This document shows positions 58,287 through 64,000 of a stretch of 64,000 nt of DNA, piece after piece. The notes beneath the pieces were generated by a model. The model was not told where the DNA came from, did not search any database, and saw only the letters and a list, made by a program, of their open reading frames with translations. The DNA lies in NCBI GenBank assembly GCA_903878275.1, contig CAIRHC010000006.1, forward strand, positions 79,633 through 143,632, written 5' to 3'. The DNA comes from Candidatus Vogelbacteria bacterium (GTDB taxonomy: Bacteria; Patescibacteriota; Minisyncoccia; Phycocordibacterales; XYD1-FULL-46-19). Every line of letters begins with the position of its first letter. Position 1 is the first letter of the stretch. The position numbers were made by a program, and so were the translations under genes.

Positions 58287-58793
58287 ATGGTAAAAATTGT
58301 TCAAAAAGACAACGAGATATTAAGAGAGAAAGCCAAGGAGCTAAAGCTCTCGGATATTGGTGGTAAAAAAATTGCCAAAATCTTAAAAGATATGAGTTCC
58401 GCTCTCGCCAAAGAAGACGACGGTGTCGCCTTGGCAGCACCGCAAATTGCCGTCCCACTTCGCATCTTTATTGTCGCGGGCAAGATTTTTTCTAAAGAAG
58501 GCGAAGTGCCGAAACCCGACCTAGTTTTTATCAACCCAAAAATTACCGCTCTGTCTAAAACAAAAATTGGACTGGAAGAAGGTTGCTTATCTGTCCGCTG
58601 GTTTTATGGCACAGTCAAAAGATCCGACAAAGCCACCGTGGAAGCTTACGACGAAACTGGCAAAAAATTCACCCGTTCCGGCTCTGGTCTGATGGCACAA
58701 ATTTTCCAACACGAAACAGACCATCTAGATGGCATTCTGTTTATCGACAAAACTAAAAAAGTTGAAGAGTACAAACCAGAGCCTAAAAAATAA
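58287..58793 (+). CDS. def: Peptide deformylase
   Basis: GVALAAPQI, EGCLS, QHETDHLDG. Confidence 0.96.
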   Translation: MVKIVQKDNEILREKAKELKLSDIGGKKIAKILKDMSSALAKEDDGVALAAPQIAVPLRIFIVAGKIFSKEGEVPKPDLVFINPKITALSKTKIGLEEGCLSVRWFYGTVKRSDKATVEAYDETGKKFTRSGSGLMAQIFQHETDHLDGILFIDKTKKVEEYKPEPKK

Positions 58794-58833
58794 CCCCACT
58801 GCAAGGTTTAACCTTGCAGTGGGGTTATTTTTT
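58785..58833 (+). terminator. Long perfect hairpin terminator with a CAAGG-N5-CCTTG core
   Basis: AAAAAATAACCCCACTGCAAGG-TTTAA-CCTTGCAGTGGGGTTATTTTTT. Confidence 0.8.
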
Positions 58834-58951
58834 TGTTCGTCACTGAATGACGAACAAAGTGACGAACAAAAGAGATTTAGTTAAATAAAATCCCTTGGAC
58901 CACGATGGATCCAAGGGATTAAGAGTAAAAGTATCTCAAAAAAAACAGATA

Positions 58952-59680
58952 CTAAGCCACCGAGGTCTGCTGCGGGAACACAAACCGGTAACGGATCCCC
59001 AGAGGACAAACACAGCTACCCGACAGGTGGTCCAAGCACGCCGAGAACGAACCACCGCTAGTCCGGCGCACGTCCCCGACAAAGAACTCATTACCCACCT
59101 TAAACAAAAAGAATGTTCCGTATGGATGCAACTTGTCAGCGTGCTTCTCAACAAAACTGACAATCTGGTCTTGAGACAGGCACAAATTGTCTAGAACGAC
59201 ACCAAAAGCGCCGAAAATCTTATTAAACATACCGTCTTTGACCTGCTCGAAAATTTCGAACAGTGTTTCGGGTTTTGCTTCTCCCTCAACATCCGTTCCA
59301 TACCTTTCGAAATTGAGGTCGAAGTAGATAACAAACAGTTCTTTCATTTTGGCCAGTGTTCGCTTGCCACTTGTGGCAGCAAGTTTACCATCCGCAATTT
59401 TGCGGAGATATGGATTTTGGAACTTTTCCCAACAGAGTTTTCCATCGAGAAATTTTATGAACTCCTCAGCAACATCCTTTTTACCGCCAAAAACTATTTC
59501 TTCAATGGTTGGAATTAGTTTGCGCCGAATTTCCTCAGGCAAAAGAATTACGACTTGAAGAAATTCTTTCCATTCATCTCCTTTTTCGCCACCAAGACGA
59601 TCCAGGATTTCTTTGAACAATCCGCTAGTATCTTTCACCAGCAGACCATTACCGCCGACCGCGAGTTTATCATCACCCAT
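58952..59680 (-). CDS. Hypothetical protein; candidate DGR variable protein
   Basis: AAGGAGG SD; adenine-depleted C-terminal 108 nt; downstream hairpin. Confidence 0.65.
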   Translation of the reverse strand: MGDDKLAVGGNGLLVKDTSGLFKEILDRLGGEKGDEWKEFLQVVILLPEEIRRKLIPTIEEIVFGGKKDVAEEFIKFLDGKLCWEKFQNPYLRKIADGKLAATSGKRTLAKMKELFVIYFDLNFERYGTDVEGEAKPETLFEIFEQVKDGMFNKIFGAFGVVLDNLCLSQDQIVSFVEKHADKLHPYGTFFLFKVGNEFFVGDVRRTSGGSFSACLDHLSGSCVCPLGIRYRFVFPQQTSVA

Positions 59681-59808
59681 AGTCAGCCTCCTTTCTTTTT
59701 TTAAACATCTTAGACTTTAAGCTAAAAACCCATGTTTCAAGCCTTCGTCCACCTTTTTTAATTATACCACAATTTGGCTTTTTATGCAATACGTGCTAGA
59801 ATGACTTT

Positions 59809-60732
59809 ATGAATAAAGCTACTTTTGCCTTTTTTGGAACAGACGAATTTAGTGTTGTCGTTTTAAATACTTTAAAAAACCTAGGGTTTGTTCCCTCTTT
59901 TATTATCACTACACCAGACCAGCCAAAGGGGCGAAAAATGATTTTGACTCCCCCGCCGGTCAAGGTTTGGGCGGAAGAAAATAAAATTAAAATAATCCAG
60001 CCAACTAGTTTAAAAAATATTGACGAGCAATCAAGGCACGCCCTTGATGGTCTTAATGATCAAGGACTCCCCTTGATATTTTTGGTTGCTTCTTATGGCA
60101 AAATCATTCCGAAAAATATTTTAGATATTCCAACTCACGGCACACTAAATATCCACCCATCACTTCTGCCAAAATATCGCGGGGCTTCACCACTAGAAAC
60201 AGCGATTTTGTCTGGCGATACCGAAACCGGCGTGACAATTATAAAGCTCGATGAAGAAATGGATCACGGACCAATTTTGATTCAAGAATCCCTCGACTTG
60301 TGCTCGGGACAAGAAAACAATCCTCACCACCAAGGGTTGGGACAAGGTATTCCCTTATACAATTTTGAACAGTTGCGTGATAATTTGGCAACGCTTGGCG
60401 CGGAAATTTTAGTAAAGATTTTGCCTGATTATTTGGACGAAAAAATTAAGCTTCAAGAACAAAATCATCACGAGGCGACTTTTACCAAAAAACTGACCAA
60501 AGAAGACGGTTATTTAAAACCAGAAGATTCGACCGAAACAAATTACCGCAAAATTCTCGCCCTGAATCCGTGGCCGGGTGCCTTTACTTTTTATGAAAAC
60601 GGCGATCAGAAAATTCGCTTAATAATAAAACAAGCTCACCTTGATGATGGCAAGCTTGTTTTTGACCGCGTCGTCCCCGAAGGACGAAATGAAATGAACT
60701 GGTCAGAATTTCTTAACGGTCTAAAGAAATAA
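59809..60732 (+). CDS. fmt: Methionyl-tRNA formyltransferase
   Basis: FFGTDEF, PDQPKGR, NIHPSLLPKYRGASP, MDHGPI, PWPGA. Confidence 0.95.
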   Translation: MNKATFAFFGTDEFSVVVLNTLKNLGFVPSFIITTPDQPKGRKMILTPPPVKVWAEENKIKIIQPTSLKNIDEQSRHALDGLNDQGLPLIFLVASYGKIIPKNILDIPTHGTLNIHPSLLPKYRGASPLETAILSGDTETGVTIIKLDEEMDHGPILIQESLDLCSGQENNPHHQGLGQGIPLYNFEQLRDNLATLGAEILVKILPDYLDEKIKLQEQNHHEATFTKKLTKEDGYLKPEDSTETNYRKILALNPWPGAFTFYENGDQKIRLIIKQAHLDDGKLVFDRVVPEGRNEMNWSEFLNGLKK

Positions 60733-61116
60733 ATCTATTCGATTCTTATTTTTACGATTGTATAAACCCTTCACAAAATCTTTGACCGCTCGCCCACTGC
60801 GACGAATCAAAGTATTTTTACGCTTCAAATAAGACACGAGCACTTCCTCCATTTTATCTTTCGCCAGATCAATCGCCGAGTACAGATCGGCGTCGTCCAC
60901 CACTTCCCGAAAAGTTTTGCCATCCATATGCAAATTTATTTCGGCAAAGAAAAAATCACCACCTTTGTGATGCTTGGTCGTTTTACCAACTTCGACATTC
61001 GCCATCACATCACCAAAATTTGCGGTCAATTTATCCAAGTGAGCCAGCTTGGAATCGACATAACTGCTAATCGCCGGAGTCAAACCAATAGATGTTGCCT
61101 TGATGTTTGTTTTCAT
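60721..61116 (-). CDS. hpf: Ribosome hibernation promoting factor (HPF/RaiA)
   Basis: LTPAISSYVDSKL, AEINL, DLYSAID. Confidence 0.88.
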   Translation of the reverse strand: MKTNIKATSIGLTPAISSYVDSKLAHLDKLTANFGDVMANVEVGKTTKHHKGGDFFFAEINLHMDGKTFREVVDDADLYSAIDLAKDKMEEVLVSYLKRKNTLIRRSGRAVKDFVKGLYNRKNKNRIDLFL

Positions 61117-61271
61117 AGTGTTTATTTATTTAAACTAATAATCTTGGCTATTAATACCCTAATATTAGCATATACGAAAAAACAAGCTAGATTGGTGCAA
61201 ACACCACCGGTCGAATTTTGCTCAACAAAATTCGGCAGGATAAATCAGCTAAATATCACCTAACGCTAAAA

Positions 61272-62249
61272 TTACTTTGAAGGACAGTACCCAATAGCAG
61301 TGTCATTTTCGTATTGTGTTCCGGAACCGTCAGCATTCATTTCACAACGAACAGGATAATTCCAACCACCCGAGCAGGCAGAGGAAACTTTTGAAGGAAT
61401 TAACAAGGAGGAGTGACCATCTATTAATAAAGTACCTTCTGGTAAAGGGGTATAGCCATAGCTAATATGAAAAGTGCCACCAGATCCATCCGCCTGAATA
61501 GGACCACAACTAGTTTTTAGACATTGCCCCGTACCAAACGATTTACTCGTCATACCAAAACTCGCACTGCTAGGAGTATAGCCACAAACCATACCCTTAT
61601 TAAAATTCCAGCCGTGGGCTATTGCAATTGCATCTACATTTGTATTATTCAAACAACTGAATCTTTCCACCGCCATAGAGCCGTCATCAGAACATTTTGG
61701 ACGAAAAAGATATTCCCCGTTTGCACTACAACTGCTACTAGTTAATGTAGTTTTACCATTTTGGTCGCTAAACCAGACACAGGATGGAGTAGTAAGTCCA
61801 AGGAAATCCTCATCACCAGCCCCCAAACACTGCAAACATCCACCCACACAAATATGGGCACTCGTATCACATTTCTTAGGAGCATTACAGTCAGCATCAC
61901 TATTACATCCCGGAATACATTGATGAGCAACGCAACGATTATTAAGTGGACACTCACTATCGTTTCGACATCCGGGTTTACAATTATGGAAAGCGCCACT
62001 GGCAGTTGTATCACAATAGTCACCAGGGCTACAATCGGCATCACTCTGACAACCCAAAGTTGAGAGAGATACGCAGTAACCAGCACTCGAACACCTTTCT
62101 GACGGCGCACAATCGGCACTACTAGAGCAATTTACAACCGGGAGAGCTTCAACTCTACCAACCGAAAGCACGGAAAAAATAACCATCCCGAATATTAAAA
62201 TAAATAATTTTCTTTTCATAAGTTTTTTGTTTATTATTTTTAAAACCAT
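61272..62249 (-). CDS. Secreted cysteine-rich repeat protein
   Basis: Signal peptide ending VEA; repeats CSSSADC, CQSDADC, CRNDSEC, CNSDADC. Confidence 0.75.
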   Translation of the reverse strand: MVLKIINKKLMKRKLFILIFGMVIFSVLSVGRVEALPVVNCSSSADCAPSERCSSAGYCVSLSTLGCQSDADCSPGDYCDTTASGAFHNCKPGCRNDSECPLNNRCVAHQCIPGCNSDADCNAPKKCDTSAHICVGGCLQCLGAGDEDFLGLTTPSCVWFSDQNGKTTLTSSSCSANGEYLFRPKCSDDGSMAVERFSCLNNTNVDAIAIAHGWNFNKGMVCGYTPSSASFGMTSKSFGTGQCLKTSCGPIQADGSGGTFHISYGYTPLPEGTLLIDGHSSLLIPSKVSSACSGGWNYPVRCEMNADGSGTQYENDTAIGYCPSK

Positions 62250-62252
62250 TTT

Positions 62253-63377
62253 TTAATTTGCTGTCGAACACCAACCTTTCTTTAAACAATTATCAACCAT
62301 TTGATTCACCGTACCAGCACAATATCGTCCGTTGTTAGCCAATCCTTGTGGACACCAAAAAGCACTATGGCCAGAAGTAGCGGAATCAGCAACGGAGCAA
62401 AATAAATTACCATTATTAGGTGAAGTTATCATTTCACCAGCAGAGTAACATCGCCCAGCAGAGTAACATTCTGAAGTTTTAGCACAACAACCAAAAGAGG
62501 TGTTGCCCCAAAGAGAACTATTCGGATCAGCCCCCGGCTGGAAACCAAGTCTTTCGCCAACAACCTTTTTACCAAACCGATAGACACAATGCTCAACACT
62601 TCCTGGAGCTTTGTATTTTAATGCCCAACCCAACCGATCTTTCAAAAATTTCTGATAACCAATTAATTTCATATTGTACCAAGTCGGGGTTGGGGTGGTA
62701 GAAGTGAGAAAACTGGTAATAGCTTGTCGGCAATTGTTATTCCAGTTGTGGCTTAACGGCATACCGAGATCAGTTAAAATTTGATTGCAGTATGTAGTAA
62801 TTTTAGTTTTGCTAATTGAAAAAGCATCTGGATCAGTATTTATCGGATATTTCAGATTCACTTGACCGGTCGTGCCAGTAGACATCACTTGATTGCCAGA
62901 AACAAAATCAAACGACGCCTTGCGACAAGACAATTCGTCAGCAAATCCAGCTTGTCGAGAATAACGGTAACAAAAATTGGCACAAGAAGAAATCAGACGC
63001 TGGTTTCCGATATTGGCATTAATGGGATCAAATATATTAGTAGAGAATGTTTGGTACTCTGTATCATAAATAGCCACCGGCCAGCTACAAGAAAAACGCC
63101 ACCAGGCTTTGTAGCAAGTTAGCTTGTTAGTCGAATTGGCACAGGCGTCGACAATAACCGCCGGATCAGGAATTAGGTTGACATAAGGACCACCAGGCGG
63201 AGTGGCTTTAGCGACGACGACAATCCCGCCAACTTGATTATTAAACAACTGGGCAACTTTTTGCTGTAAAATAGAAAGTCTTTTTTCGAGCTGGCTTAAG
63301 GTCGAGGCTTGAGAAAAAATAGGGAGCAACACAAAAAGCACCGCCATCACAGCTATTAGATATTTTTGTTTAGGCAT
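62253..63377 (-). CDS. Secreted cysteine-rich protein
   Basis: Signal peptide ending SQA, short coiled coil, many Cys. Confidence 0.72.
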   Translation of the reverse strand: MPKQKYLIAVMAVLFVLLPIFSQASTLSQLEKRLSILQQKVAQLFNNQVGGIVVVAKATPPGGPYVNLIPDPAVIVDACANSTNKLTCYKAWWRFSCSWPVAIYDTEYQTFSTNIFDPINANIGNQRLISSCANFCYRYSRQAGFADELSCRKASFDFVSGNQVMSTGTTGQVNLKYPINTDPDAFSISKTKITTYCNQILTDLGMPLSHNWNNNCRQAITSFLTSTTPTPTWYNMKLIGYQKFLKDRLGWALKYKAPGSVEHCVYRFGKKVVGERLGFQPGADPNSSLWGNTSFGCCAKTSECYSAGRCYSAGEMITSPNNGNLFCSVADSATSGHSAFWCPQGLANNGRYCAGTVNQMVDNCLKKGWCSTAN

Positions 63378-63437
63378 AAAAAATAATTAACTAATAATTA
63401 ATAATAAAACTCTTTCATTTTATTATACCACTAAACA

Positions 63438-63449
63438 CCCCCCCCCCCC
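63438..63449. repeat. C12/G12 homopolymer tract in a promoter spacer
   Basis: 12 consecutive C, 10 nt from a minus-strand TATAAT at 63422-63427. Confidence 0.85.
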
Positions 63450-63457
63450 GGTATAGT

Positions 63458-63679
63458 TTAGTTATCCACAGTGAATATCTTATGCGGATGATGATGACCG
63501 GAAATTAATCGGACTTGGGATTCGGGACAAGAAAAAAACTCGGCGAGAATTTACTTGACGCGATTATTCGCCAAATTATTTTCCGCCGGCTCACGGACCA
63601 AAACTGCCAAAGTATCCACCTTCAATTTTTTAATTGACTCGGTCTTGGCTTTCGGGGTGACTTTCACCTTTACGTACAT
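63458..63679 (-). pseudogene. DUF167/YggU-family gene with internal TAA
   Basis: MYVKVKVTPKAK...EPAENNLANNRVK*ILAEFFSCPESQVRLISGHHHPHKIFTVDN*; stop at 63551-63553. Confidence 0.75.
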
Positions 63680-63687
63680 TTTTAAAT

Positions 63688-64000
63688 TTAAACTTTTTCC
63701 ACAAAAATCATATTGGTCGAGCCCGGTTGGTTTAGAGGAAAACCAGCAATAATTACCAGTTTATCGCCAAGCTTTGCCATTTTTTTCTCCAGCAAAATTT
63801 CCCGCGATTGATTGAGGACAATTTCCAAAGTATCAAAGTGATCGTCTAAAATTGGAATGCAACCAAAACTTAAAGAAAGTTGATTGTAAGTCTTTTTGTT
63901 TGGCGTAAAAACTACCAGCGGTTTTTGTGGCTTGTAACGAGAAATCATTCGCGCCGTAAAACCCGAACTGCTCAATGCCACAATTGCCGTCGCACCAATC
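63688..64000 (-). CDS. pyk: Pyruvate kinase, C-terminal part (runs off the window)
   Basis: SSSGFTARMISRYKP, QLSLSFG, GDKLVIIAG.P...GSTN. Confidence 0.88.
   Translation of the reverse strand, partial: IGATAIVALSSSGFTARMISRYKPQKPLVVFTPNKKTYNQLSLSFGCIPILDDHFDTLEIVLNQSREILLEKKMAKLGDKLVIIAGFPLNQPGSTNMIFVEKV

Noticed and set aside
63462-63470. TTATCCACA DnaA box / replication origin
   Set aside because: Single box within the DUF167 reading frame; no box cluster or dnaA nearby.
1-64000. Alternative genetic code (UGA = Gly, as in Gracilibacteria/SR1)
   Set aside because: Conserved genes are full length under code 11 and TGA ends several genes.

Overview
AT-rich, gene-dense chromosomal window that reads like a Patescibacteria/CPR (Parcubacteria-type) genome. 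This is inferred from short or degenerate PriA, HolB, MurF and ProS, many apparently leaderless genes and a large type IV pilus locus. Housekeeping genes: rplI, rplU, cysS, lysS, proS, dnaB, recR, rmuC, greA, frr, def, fmt, hpf, mraZ-rsmH-ftsL-like-ftsI-murF, mreBC(D)-mrdA, a second mreB, murA and tRNA-Glu(CTC). The most unusual region is the pilus locus (18.8-29.2 kb). There, two four-helix-bundle (TIGR02436/Avd-like) genes each sit between pilin genes, and each has its own family of 7-nt tandem repeats: an antisense array fills the gap just before the four-helix gene and sense arrays overlap the start or leader of neighbouring pilins. In the same locus one minor pilin appears split, with its expected C-terminal strand fused to the end of a 924-aa IPT-repeat adhesin encoded between the two halves. 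Other candidates: an adenine-depleted C-terminus plus downstream hairpin resembling a remote DGR target, an MNT-HEPN toxin-antitoxin pair bracketed by a 74-bp duplication of the rplI 5' end, a poly-G tract in the promoter of Cys-rich secreted proteins, REP-like palindromes inserted in-frame in fmt and cysS, and two candidate structured leader RNAs. All family calls come from motif recognition; no database searches were run.
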